Assembly: GCA_047602425.1 (NCBI GenBank)
Contig: JASGHG010000001.1
Coordinates: 2,720,001-2,784,000 of the forward strand
Length of the DNA: 64,000 nucleotides
Direction of reading: 5' to 3'
Source: Nibricoccus sp.
GTDB lineage: Bacteria > Verrucomicrobiota > Verrucomicrobiia > Opitutales > Opitutaceae
Position numbers and translations under genes: made by a program. Below, one piece after another: positions 41,416 to 50,156 of the stretch (the stretch's first letter is position 1; every line of letters begins with the position of its first letter). The notes beneath the pieces are model-generated. The model was not told the DNA's origin, did no database searches, and worked only from the letters and a program-made list of their open reading frames with translations.

Positions 41416-41901
41416 TTAGTGAGTTTTACTCGGTGGGCCGATTGTTTTGGGCGCAGGCGGAGGTTTGGGCGGACAAATGATGCCCATAAGAAGAACGATT
41501 TCCTCGTCCTTTGCTGGCTCGGTCTGTGGTTTTGCTTCGGTTGTGGTCGATTGTGGAGCGGGGATGGGCTCGGGTTTCTTCGGCGAAGTGCAGCCGGCGG
41601 CGAAGCCGAGCGTGGTGGCCGCCAGCGCACCGACGCCCAATTGGCGGAAAGTGCTTTTTAAACCGGCCATTTTTAGTTCCTCGGCGGTGACGAGTTCGCC
41701 AGAAAGCCGGCGGTAAAATGCGGCGCAGACTTCCTCGGTTCCGAGTTTCGCGAGGACGACTTCGCGTTCGGCGCGCGAAATGAGCGACAGGTTGGGAATG
41801 TTTCGCTGGCAGGTTTCGCAATAACGCGCTTTGGCCGCTCCTTTCATGCTGTCCCACGGGATTGGGCAGACGAAGGACAATTGGGGTGCTTGCTCTTTCA
41901 T
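41416..41901 (-). CDS. Hypothetical protein: Cys-rich N-terminal domain, hydrophobic segment ending in a lipobox-like AAGC, Pro-rich tail
   Basis: 'CPIPWDSM...RYCETCQRNI.NLS...VCAAF', then 'LGVGALAATTLGFAAGC' and 'LLMGIIC'. Confidence 0.7.
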   Translation of the reverse strand: MKEQAPQLSFVCPIPWDSMKGAAKARYCETCQRNIPNLSLISRAEREVVLAKLGTEEVCAAFYRRLSGELVTAEELKMAGLKSTFRQLGVGALAATTLGFAAGCTSPKKPEPIPAPQSTTTEAKPQTEPAKDEEIVLLMGIICPPKPPPAPKTIGPPSKTH

Positions 41902-42036
41902 CGACACGAATGATTTAGCGTATCCTGCTTGATGGTCGAGTTGGAAACCGAAAGTGGCGCGCTGACAGAGGCTCGGGTTCGCAAATCCAGTTGCGCCGGG
42001 GCGATGGGTGGAGATTGTACGCGAGATTCATACCCT

Positions 42037-44124
42037 ATGACCCCTGCAGGATCCTTTTCTAAATGGCCGCGCGTGCTCGCATGGAGCGCGGTGTCGCTGG
42101 CTGGCGTGTTTTCTTTGGCGGTGTTGGCCTGGTCGAGAGGCGAGCCAGTCAACGCATTGTGGGTCGTGATCGCGTCGGTATGCGTGTTCGCGATATCCTA
42201 TCGGTTTCACAGCGCCTGGTTGATGGCAAAGGTGCTCACACTCGACGAATTGCGGGCGACGCCGGCGGTGGTGCATGAGGACGGACGCGATTTCGTGAAG
42301 ACGAATCGTTGGGTGGTGTTTGGGCATCATTTCGCGGCGATTGCCGGGCCGGGCCCGCTGGTGGGGCCGGTGCTGGCGGCGCAATTTGGATTTTTACCGG
42401 GTCTTTTGTGGATGTTGATTGGTGCGACTTTAGGCGGTGCGGTGCACGACTCGGTGATTTTATTCTGTTCGACGCGGCGGCGCGGAAAATCGCTCGGACA
42501 AATGATCAGTGAGGAAATCAATCCCCTGGCAGGCATAATCGCGTTAGTGAGCATTTTGGCGATTTTAGTTATCTTGATCGCAGTGCTGGGACTGGTGGTG
42601 GTCAACGCGCTGGCGGAAAGCCCCTGGGGCCTGTTCACAATTGCGGCGACGATGCCGATAGCGGTTTTCATGGGGCTGGCGATGCGCGGCGCCGGGCACA
42701 ATTCCAAGGCATTGCTTTGGATCAGTGTGCTGGGTGTGGTGGCTTTACTGGCGTCGGTCTACGCGGGAAAGTTTGTGCATGATTCGGCGACTTGGTCGGC
42801 GGTTTTCACTCTGAAAGGCACGACGCTGGCGTGGTGGATGATCGGCTACGGGTTGCTGGCTTCGGTGCTGCCGGTGTGGCTGTTGCTCGCGCCGCGCGAC
42901 TACCTGAGCACGTTCATGAAAATTGGAACGGTTGCACTGCTGGCGGTGGCGATTGTGGCAATAGCGCCGATGTTGAAAATGCCATCGGTCACGAAATTCG
43001 TCGACGGCACGGGACCGGTGCTGGCCGGGTCGGTTTTTCCTTTCTGTTTTATTACGATCGCATGTGCCGCCGTGTCGGGTTTTCACTCGCTGATCTCATC
43101 GGGCACGACGCCAAAAATGATCACGCGCGAGAGCGATATCCGGGTGATTGGTTATGGTGCGATGGTTACGGAGATGCTGGTCGGCGTGATGGCGTTGATC
43201 GCGGCATGTGCGATGGAGCCGGGTGAATATTTTTCGGTGAATATGAAAGGTACGCCTGCGGTGGTCGTGGCAAAGGTGACCGCGCTGGGATATCCGGTGA
43301 CGGAGGCGCAGATGGCGTCGCTTGCGGCGGACGTGGGCGAACAAACCATGATTGGGCGCACGGGCGGAGCGCCGACGTTTGCAGTGGGCATGGCCAAAAT
43401 CTTTTCGAGCGTGCTTGGCAGCAAAGCGGCGCTCGCGCTGTGGTATCACTTTGCGATCATGTTCGAGGCGTTATTTATTCTCACGACCATCGACGCGGGA
43501 ACGCGGGTGGGACGATTCTTGATGCAGGATTTGCTGGGGCGGGTGTGGTCACCCCTGGGGCAGACTCGTTCGACCGTGGGCAATGTGGTGGCGAGTGCGG
43601 CGTTTGTTGCCGCTTGGGGTTGGTTTTTGTACGCAGGTGTGATCGATCCGCTCGGCGGCATCAACAGCCTCTGGCCAATCTTCGGCGTGGCCAACCAGTT
43701 GCTCGCCGTGCTGGCGCTGGCGCTCGGCACGACGGTGTTGATCAAGATGGGGCGTGTACGGTATCTCTGGGCGACGATTGGACCATTGATCTGGTTGCTT
43801 GCGGTAACGATGACCGCGGGCTGGATGAAGATTTTCAGCGGCGATCCTCGTGTGGGTTTCCTTAGGGCCGCCGCGGATCTCCGGGCGAAAATCGCCGCGG
43901 GCGGCACAAGCGCCGGCCAGGTTGACGTCTGGCAGCATCAGCTGACCAATAGTTATGTCAACGTCGCGGTGACGGGCGCTTTCATGTTTTTGGTTCTGCT
44001 GGTTGTTTTGGTTTGTGCGCGTGAATGGTGGCTTTTGCTGGGGAAGCATCGCCAGCCAGTGTTGCGCGAGGAACCTTACGTAACGTTATCGGCTGAGGAG
44101 CGAGGCCAGTTGCTCGCGCGGTGA
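42037..44124 (+). CDS. cstA: Carbon starvation protein A family transporter (CstA/BtsT)
   Basis: Motifs 'FGHHFAAIAGPGPLVGP', 'PVWLLLAPRDYLS', 'SGFHSLISSGTT', 'GRTGGAPTFAVG'. Confidence 0.95.
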   Translation: MTPAGSFSKWPRVLAWSAVSLAGVFSLAVLAWSRGEPVNALWVVIASVCVFAISYRFHSAWLMAKVLTLDELRATPAVVHEDGRDFVKTNRWVVFGHHFAAIAGPGPLVGPVLAAQFGFLPGLLWMLIGATLGGAVHDSVILFCSTRRRGKSLGQMISEEINPLAGIIALVSILAILVILIAVLGLVVVNALAESPWGLFTIAATMPIAVFMGLAMRGAGHNSKALLWISVLGVVALLASVYAGKFVHDSATWSAVFTLKGTTLAWWMIGYGLLASVLPVWLLLAPRDYLSTFMKIGTVALLAVAIVAIAPMLKMPSVTKFVDGTGPVLAGSVFPFCFITIACAAVSGFHSLISSGTTPKMITRESDIRVIGYGAMVTEMLVGVMALIAACAMEPGEYFSVNMKGTPAVVVAKVTALGYPVTEAQMASLAADVGEQTMIGRTGGAPTFAVGMAKIFSSVLGSKAALALWYHFAIMFEALFILTTIDAGTRVGRFLMQDLLGRVWSPLGQTRSTVGNVVASAAFVAAWGWFLYAGVIDPLGGINSLWPIFGVANQLLAVLALALGTTVLIKMGRVRYLWATIGPLIWLLAVTMTAGWMKIFSGDPRVGFLRAAADLRAKIAAGGTSAGQVDVWQHQLTNSYVNVAVTGAFMFLVLLVVLVCAREWWLLLGKHRQPVLREEPYVTLSAEERGQLLAR

Positions 44125-46021
44125 CGGGATGGACGGCCCTGAAAATCGTTGTGACCGACCTAGCGCGCACCGGCATTGGCCGGGGGCTTGATCCGTTTTG
44201 GTGTAATTTGATGACAAAACGGACGAGCGAAACAACCTCGTCATCGGAGAGGTATTCACGTCCGGCCATCGGGGTGTTGGGCTGGCCAAATTTGACGATG
44301 CGGGCGAGTTGCAACTCTTTCGAAGGGTCGGACTCGGTGGTGTGTCGCCACGGGTCGCGGGTAAAGTCCGGGGGACGTAAGCTGAGTTGCGACGCGAGCG
44401 GTCCATCGCCGCGTCCTTCGACGCCATGGCAGCTGGAGCATAGTTCGGTGAAACGCTTGCGCTGTTTTGTTTCGGTAAAGATGGTTGCGCTAGGCGAAGG
44501 ACGCCAAGCCTGCGCGGTCTCGGCGCGGATCGTGACGTCGTCATCGCCGAGTGTTCCGAGGTAGGCGACGAGCGCGGGACCGCGTGGATCATTTTCTTTG
44601 AAAAGATGCGCGTAGGACGGCATGCGCGAATCCGGGGTGAGGCTTCGCGGAGCGATCAAGTGGAGACGGTTCCATTCGGCGGTCCGCCGGCTGGCGATTT
44701 GCGATAGATCGGGGCCTTGACGACGGTTGCCATAAAGTGGCGGTTTTTGGGGCAGACTTTTGGCCAGCGGAATTGCGGAACCCCAACGTTCGACGTCGGC
44801 TGTGCCGGGGCGCACGTATTGCGAATGGCAGTGAATGCAGCCTTCGGAAATGTAGATCTCGCGTCCAAGTTTGACGATCGAATCGTCGGCCCTGCTGTCC
44901 GGGGGATATAGAAGAACGATTGCGAGCAAAGGCAAAGAACCCGCAACAGGGCGCAGGCGCCTGATTCCCCAGTGGCGAACCAGAAGGGCCAAACACGCAA
45001 CCACGGCTGCACTCACGACAAACGAGAGTGGAATTTCATGCAGCGATTGCACCATGCCAATTCCCATGGCGGAACCAAACCAACCGGAAGCGGCAAAAAG
45101 CAGCCCCGCCAGCCAGGCGCGGCCGCCTTGCGCAGGGTAGAAGACGAGTGCCGTCGAATAGATTGAAACGCCGGCGGTGTACAGAACACGAGTTGCGGAA
45201 GGGACGTCGTTGTTTTGGCAGAGCAGCACGCAGGCACCAAGCAGGACGACCAGCGCAATGCCGATGGCCAGTGGTTGCAGTTTGCGGTCGAGCAGCAGGC
45301 CTGCAATCACGGCGGCACCGAGATGGACGAGGGCATTTTGTTCCAGCACGGAGCCGCCCTGCCAGGTCGCGATTTTTAGATGTGGACTGTGCTGAAGGAT
45401 GAAGAAGGCAGCCGAGTCGATCCACACCAGGGTGAGAAATAAAACCACCCACACCGCGACAATCCGTGGGTGATATTCAGGAATGGCGGGCTTTTCGACC
45501 GGCGTGCTTCGGACGCGAAACGAAATCAATAGACCGACTAAAGCGGCTATGATTGCGACAACTGTTTGAACTTGCGGTGAGGCGTTGAAGATGGGTGGCT
45601 GGTTGCAAATCGCGTAGGCCAGCCCGGTGCCGACGCCACAGCAAAGACCGAGATGTTTAATCCCCCCGGTGGGCCGCAAGCAGAGCACGAGCGACACCGT
45701 CGTCCAAGCGAGGCTGCCGCCGACGGCGACAGCGGAGACAATAGCTAACACTTGGTTCTGGGCGAGCAGGCTGAGTCCGGCCGCGAGTCCGCAACTGGCA
45801 AATCCCAAGGTGAGTTGACGGGAGCCAATGCTTTCGCGAAACCATTTGGCAGCGGCAACACTTCCGCCAATTCCGGCGAGTCCGAGTGCCGCCATCAGCG
45901 GTTTTAAGCCGGCTTCCTGCACGACGGCGCGCAGGTTTTCGATGAATGCGAATTCGGCGAAGATCAGAAAATACACATAGACCGCTGCAATCGCGAGGAT
46001 GCTGGTGAGGGCATCCTTCAT
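43982..46021 (-). CDS. Fusion: MFS-like multi-pass membrane domain + CcoO/FixO-like cytochrome c + second class I cytochrome c domain
   Basis: About 12 hydrophobic helices with 'AGLLLDRK'; 'GCIHCHSQYVRP', 'GNRRQGPDL', 'PDSRMPSY' (CcoO-like); 'CSSCHG...NTPM' second haem. The C-terminal ~65 aa look like read-through. Confidence 0.82.
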   Translation of the reverse strand: MKDALTSILAIAAVYVYFLIFAEFAFIENLRAVVQEAGLKPLMAALGLAGIGGSVAAAKWFRESIGSRQLTLGFASCGLAAGLSLLAQNQVLAIVSAVAVGGSLAWTTVSLVLCLRPTGGIKHLGLCCGVGTGLAYAICNQPPIFNASPQVQTVVAIIAALVGLLISFRVRSTPVEKPAIPEYHPRIVAVWVVLFLTLVWIDSAAFFILQHSPHLKIATWQGGSVLEQNALVHLGAAVIAGLLLDRKLQPLAIGIALVVLLGACVLLCQNNDVPSATRVLYTAGVSIYSTALVFYPAQGGRAWLAGLLFAASGWFGSAMGIGMVQSLHEIPLSFVVSAAVVACLALLVRHWGIRRLRPVAGSLPLLAIVLLYPPDSRADDSIVKLGREIYISEGCIHCHSQYVRPGTADVERWGSAIPLAKSLPQKPPLYGNRRQGPDLSQIASRRTAEWNRLHLIAPRSLTPDSRMPSYAHLFKENDPRGPALVAYLGTLGDDDVTIRAETAQAWRPSPSATIFTETKQRKRFTELCSSCHGVEGRGDGPLASQLSLRPPDFTRDPWRHTTESDPSKELQLARIVKFGQPNTPMAGREYLSDDEVVSLVRFVIKLHQNGSSPRPMPVRARSVTTIFRAVHPVTARATGLAPQPITLRKVPRATLAGDASPAKATIHAHKPKQPAEPKT

Positions 46022-46031
46022 GCTCGGCTGA

Positions 46032-46454
46032 TCAGACGCTTGAGCTATTGACGGCGGAGGCATTGCTCGCGGCGAGTTTTTTGACGAGCCAGAGTTGGAA
46101 TCCGACGAGGGCAAAGTCGGTGGCGGGTACGCTGATCCATGCGAACGACAGCCAGCCAAGCGCGATGGCCGTTCCGGAAAAGGCGCCGGCAGAAATCCGG
46201 AAGAGGATCGTGAGTTCGAGCGTCAAACGCAGGCGATCGGGCCCGCCACGAACCAAGGCCCAGAGGTAACACGCGCCGACCGCGCCGACGAACGCACCGA
46301 CAAATCGCAGATAAACGAGCGCCTCGCCTTCAGGCGTAGCCACGCGCATCAAGGGCAGGACGAGGCGCGGAAAGAAGACGAGCCCCAAGCCGGTGCAGAG
46401 GTCGAGAGCTCCGGCGACTAGAGCGAGAAGGCGGGCAATGGAGGGGATGGGCAT
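46032..46454 (-). CDS. Small four-TM membrane protein
   Basis: 140 aa with four hydrophobic segments; 11 and 10 nt from its neighbours. Confidence 0.75.
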   Translation of the reverse strand: MPIPSIARLLALVAGALDLCTGLGLVFFPRLVLPLMRVATPEGEALVYLRFVGAFVGAVGACYLWALVRGGPDRLRLTLELTILFRISAGAFSGTAIALGWLSFAWISVPATDFALVGFQLWLVKKLAASNASAVNSSSV

Positions 46455-46465
46455 CGTGAAGCAGA

Positions 46466-47767
46466 CTAAAGATTGCGCTCAAGAAATCGAGGACGTTGCA
46501 AAAACCAGGACAGCGACACCGCCCACATGACCAGTCCGGCCACGAGGCGGATGCCATAACAGGTTTGCGACCAGCCGCGACTAAGGAAGAGCGAGCTGGG
46601 ATCGGTGTACTCGGTCCAGCCTAGCGCGGCCAGCGCGACAATATGCAAGCCCAACGCTCCCTGCCACACATGGAAACCGCGCGTGATCGGACGGTCGGGG
46701 TCGAGCAGATTGAGGATCGCGAGGTTAAAGCAGGTGACGAGACCGGCGAGTGCGAGGTGGGCGTGAGCCACGAAGCCATTGGTGAATTTCAATCGCTCCG
46801 AAATACCGGGCAGGAAAAAGACGAAGCCGGAAATCACCAGCAACAACCACCAGAAGAAGGCTGCGACAAGCCAGCGTCGGGCGACGGAAGGCCAAAGATA
46901 GCCGTGAAAATGCTGCCAGCCGAGTGGTATCCACATGGCCAATACGCCAAGCCCGGCCTGTTGGGAGGCGCTCTTGCTTGAGGCGTGACCATGGCTGATC
47001 ACCAGATACACCGCTACGGAGATCGCGTACATCGTCCAGAAAGTGCTTTGGCGCTGGCGAACGTCGGCGGTGCGTGCCGGGACATCCAGCAGGAGCGGAA
47101 TGAGTCCGTAGATGGCGATGATGCCGAGCGTGGAGGCCAGCAAACTTGCACCGGTTGCGCCTCCGCTGTCAGGGTTGACTGGCGGATACACCTCGCGTCC
47201 CGAGGCCCAAAAGAGCGCCGGCGGAACGGCGAGCAACAATAGCAAAAAACCGAACTGGGAAAGCCGCTCCAAAGTTTTTAATGCGCGCCGGTTTGTCCAA
47301 AATTGCCAGACGAGCCCCAGCCAGAGAACGGTCATCGCCGCCGGCAGAAGCGGGCGCGCCCAACCATCCCAGTCGATGAAGATTTTTCCGCTGCTGAGGC
47401 CGCAGAGCCAGGAAATGCCGGCGGCCGCTAGGGCCAGCGACCACGCTCGCAAGGCCACCCGGTTCAGCCGGGCCGTGCTCGCATTTGGGCCGCGGCCAAT
47501 CCAACGGAGCAAGACGCCCACGAGCGGCAGCGAGCACCAGCCGTAGAGCTGCCAGTCGAGGTGGAGGGGGATCCAGCGTCCGTAGGTAAAGGGCGCGAGT
47601 TTATCTCCAAGCGCGGGCCAGAGTAACAAGATCGCCAGCAATACGCCCACGCTGTTGGCGGCGACGAGCCAGAAAAGGCTGTGCCGGGATACGCTTCGGG
47701 CCAGCGAGATCCAGGCCGCGGCTTGGGCGGGCGGAACTGGCCGGGGGACATCGCTCATGGCAGGCAA
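46466..47767 (-). CDS. Divergent CcoN-like haem-copper oxidase superfamily subunit I lacking a canonical CuB site
   Basis: 'TYGRWIPLHLD' ~ CcoN 'SFGRLRPLHTN'; 'GLSSGKIFID' ~ 'GFTSSKEYAE'; 'KFTNGFVAHAHLALAG' ~ 'HYTDWTIGHVHAGALG'; 'IRLVAG' ~ 'VRMIGG'. Start may be 47758. Confidence 0.8.
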   Translation of the reverse strand: MPAMSDVPRPVPPAQAAAWISLARSVSRHSLFWLVAANSVGVLLAILLLWPALGDKLAPFTYGRWIPLHLDWQLYGWCSLPLVGVLLRWIGRGPNASTARLNRVALRAWSLALAAAGISWLCGLSSGKIFIDWDGWARPLLPAAMTVLWLGLVWQFWTNRRALKTLERLSQFGFLLLLLAVPPALFWASGREVYPPVNPDSGGATGASLLASTLGIIAIYGLIPLLLDVPARTADVRQRQSTFWTMYAISVAVYLVISHGHASSKSASQQAGLGVLAMWIPLGWQHFHGYLWPSVARRWLVAAFFWWLLLVISGFVFFLPGISERLKFTNGFVAHAHLALAGLVTCFNLAILNLLDPDRPITRGFHVWQGALGLHIVALAALGWTEYTDPSSLFLSRGWSQTCYGIRLVAGLVMWAVSLSWFLQRPRFLERNL

Positions 47768-47773
47768 GGCCGT

Positions 47774-48451
47774 TCACTCTTCCGTGAGTTGGCCGTCGCG
47801 CACCCGGATGCGACGATGGCAGGCCTCGGCAAAACGCCTCTCGTGGGTCGCAAGAATCACGGCGATACGACTTTGCTCCGCGAGTGTGCGTAGGAGCGCG
47901 AAGACGGTTTCGCCGGTTTTTTCGTCGAGGGAACCGGTGGGTTCGTCGGCAAGGATGATGTTGGGCGAATTCATGAGCGCGCGGCAGATGGCGGTGCGCT
48001 GGCGTTCGCCGCCGGAAAGATCCTGAATGCGGTGATTGAGCCGGTGGCCGATGCCGACTTGTTCGGCAAGCTCGCGAAGGCGATTCGCAGCCACAGCGGG
48101 CGCCATTCCTGCGGCAATGGCGGGCACGCGGAGGTTTTCCACCACGGTGAGATCGGCGATGAGATTGTGCAGTTGAAAAACGAACCCAAGATGGCGCCGG
48201 CGAAGGACGAGGCGATCGGTTTCGCTGCGCGGGTCGAGCGAGCATACGCGCAGTTCGCCACTGTCGGGCAGGTCGAGTCCGCCGATCAGATGAAGCAGGG
48301 TGCTTTTTCCGGAACCGGACGATCCCCACAAAGCGACGAGTTCGCCCGCGCCGACTTCGAGGTTGGCATCGCGCAACACGGAAATAGCGCCCTTGTCGTA
48401 GGTTTTCCAGACGCTGCGTACGGAAACAAGATTTTGGCCGGGACTATTCAT
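47774..48451 (-). CDS. ABC transporter ATP-binding protein (LolD/MacB-like)
   Basis: Motifs 'GSSGSGKST', 'GFVFQ', 'LSGGERQR', 'ILADEPTG', 'ATH'. Confidence 0.96.
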   Translation of the reverse strand: MNSPGQNLVSVRSVWKTYDKGAISVLRDANLEVGAGELVALWGSSGSGKSTLLHLIGGLDLPDSGELRVCSLDPRSETDRLVLRRRHLGFVFQLHNLIADLTVVENLRVPAIAAGMAPAVAANRLRELAEQVGIGHRLNHRIQDLSGGERQRTAICRALMNSPNIILADEPTGSLDEKTGETVFALLRTLAEQSRIAVILATHERRFAEACHRRIRVRDGQLTEE

Positions 48452-49556
48452 AGCGCAGGGCTTCCGCAGGTTGAATGCGCGAGGCGAAACGCGCGGGATA
48501 AATGGCACCGGCCACGGCTGTGCCGATGGCGGTGAGCACGATGCCGACGACGATCAGCGGTTGGACGCTGGCCTGAATGTAGCCGTGGAATTGCGGTACG
48601 TTTTGAAGAATTCCGAGGACCGCGATGCCGAGCGAGAAACCGAGGACAAGTCCGGCGAGTGCAATGGCGATGGCTTCGCCAAAAATCAGCGCGGCCACCT
48701 GACCGGTGGAGAAGCCGCAGACGCGAAGAATGGCGATTTCGCGGATGCGGCTGAAAACGGAGAGCAGCATTGTGTTGGCCACGCCGAGCCCGCCGAGGAG
48801 AAACGCGCAGATGCCGACCGCCCACGCCGTGAAATGCAGGATTTTGAACTGCGTGTAGCTCTGGTTGAACTCGCGGTTTTCGAGCGCGATGAGTTTGGGA
48901 TATTTTGCTTCGATGGCGGCCTTGAATTGGGCGCCGGTTTTTTGGTCGCGAAGTTTTACGGCGATGATGGAGCAGGCGTTTTCCTTATGAAAAAATTCCT
49001 GAGCATCCTTGAGCGGCAGGAAGACGCCGCCGTCCTCGAAGCCGTTTTCGGTTTTGAAAATACCGCCAACCTTCAGCTCGATTGCGCCGATTTCCAGCAT
49101 TGCGCCGGGCTTGGCTTCAAGAAACTCGGCGGCGCGCGAACCGAGAAAAATTTCTCCATCGTTTTTACCGAACCTTTCGCGTGAGCCAAAACGCCATTCG
49201 GCTTTTGCGAGCCGCGGATCGGCTGGATCGACGCCGAAGCAGGTGATGATCGGATGTCCGGGTGCGGAAACGATGCCGAAAAGCAGCGGATTGGCTGATT
49301 CGACCTCCGGCTGGGTTCGGACAGCGTCGACCTGCTCCATCGTGACGGAGCTGAAGAACAGATCGGAAACGTTGCGTTCGAAAACGAGATAGTGGCTGTC
49401 GGTTGCCAGGATGCGCTCGAACATGCCGATCGCACCGGTGACGATCGCGAGGATCGTGAGCATGGCGGCCACGCCGAAGCCGATGCCGGCGACGCCGATG
49501 GCGGCGCGGATGCGGTGACGACGAAGGTTGATGAGGATCAGCGAGAGCAGACGCAT
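48444..49556 (-). CDS. ABC transporter permease (MacB/FtsX family)
   Basis: TM1, large periplasmic domain, then three TM helices; 'RIREIAILRVCG', 'YPARFASRIQPAEALRYE'. Confidence 0.93.
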   Translation of the reverse strand: MRLLSLILINLRRHRIRAAIGVAGIGFGVAAMLTILAIVTGAIGMFERILATDSHYLVFERNVSDLFFSSVTMEQVDAVRTQPEVESANPLLFGIVSAPGHPIITCFGVDPADPRLAKAEWRFGSRERFGKNDGEIFLGSRAAEFLEAKPGAMLEIGAIELKVGGIFKTENGFEDGGVFLPLKDAQEFFHKENACSIIAVKLRDQKTGAQFKAAIEAKYPKLIALENREFNQSYTQFKILHFTAWAVGICAFLLGGLGVANTMLLSVFSRIREIAILRVCGFSTGQVAALIFGEAIAIALAGLVLGFSLGIAVLGILQNVPQFHGYIQASVQPLIVVGIVLTAIGTAVAGAIYPARFASRIQPAEALRYE

Positions 49557-49595
49557 GCGACGAAGGATCGGATGATGCCTAAACCGACCATGGCA

Positions 49596-50156
49596 TCAAG
49601 CGCCGCCCGCGACGCGTCCTTCAAGGTGAAATTTGATCTTCAGCAGAGGGTTCACCTTGAGCATGCCGAACTTTTTGAAAATCGGTAAGCCGTAGTCTTG
49701 CGTATCCAGCGGGAATTCACTGTCGAGTTTACAGGTGCCGTCGGTTTGAATCAGGATGGTGACGGGGAAACTGATTTCCTTGGTTACTCCGTGCAGTGTG
49801 AATTTTCCATTGGCATTGTAGAGGTCGCCTCCAACGGGTTTAAGCGAATCCATCACATAGAGGCAGTCGGGAAATTTTTCGGTTTCCTGCCAGTGGTTCA
49901 TTTCAACGTCGCGTTTGTCCTTGCCCGTTTTCACATCGGTGAAACGGAATTTGACTTGGGCACTTTCAACGCGTTTTGCCGCGGGATCGACCGCGATGGC
50001 GGCGTCATATGCGGGAAGACTGGCGGTAAAACTATCCATGGTTGCCTTCACCGCGACCTCGATTTTGGAGCGATCCTTGTCGATGGTGAGAGGAACGGCA
50101 AACGATGGCAGTGAAGCGAGCACGAAGAGTGCGGTGGAAAACAGGAGATTTTTCAT
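49596..50156 (-). CDS. YceI-family periplasmic lipid/polyisoprenoid-binding protein
   Basis: Signal peptide; 'TGKDKRD', 'GKFTLHGVTKEI', 'DYGL'. Confidence 0.9.
   Translation of the reverse strand: MKNLLFSTALFVLASLPSFAVPLTIDKDRSKIEVAVKATMDSFTASLPAYDAAIAVDPAAKRVESAQVKFRFTDVKTGKDKRDVEMNHWQETEKFPDCLYVMDSLKPVGGDLYNANGKFTLHGVTKEISFPVTILIQTDGTCKLDSEFPLDTQDYGLPIFKKFGMLKVNPLLKIKFHLEGRVAGGA

Noticed and set aside
44121..44564. ORF starting at the cstA stop as a possible ybdD/yjiX partner
   Set aside because: No DUF466-like motif; it is the antisense shadow of the cytochrome domain.
43982..47767. Calling the locus a canonical cbb3-type cytochrome c oxidase (ccoNO)
   Set aside because: The helix VI CuB His and the HH pair are missing, there is no ccoP/ccoQ/ccoGHIS, and CcoO is fused to a large membrane domain. 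No cco gene symbols were assigned.
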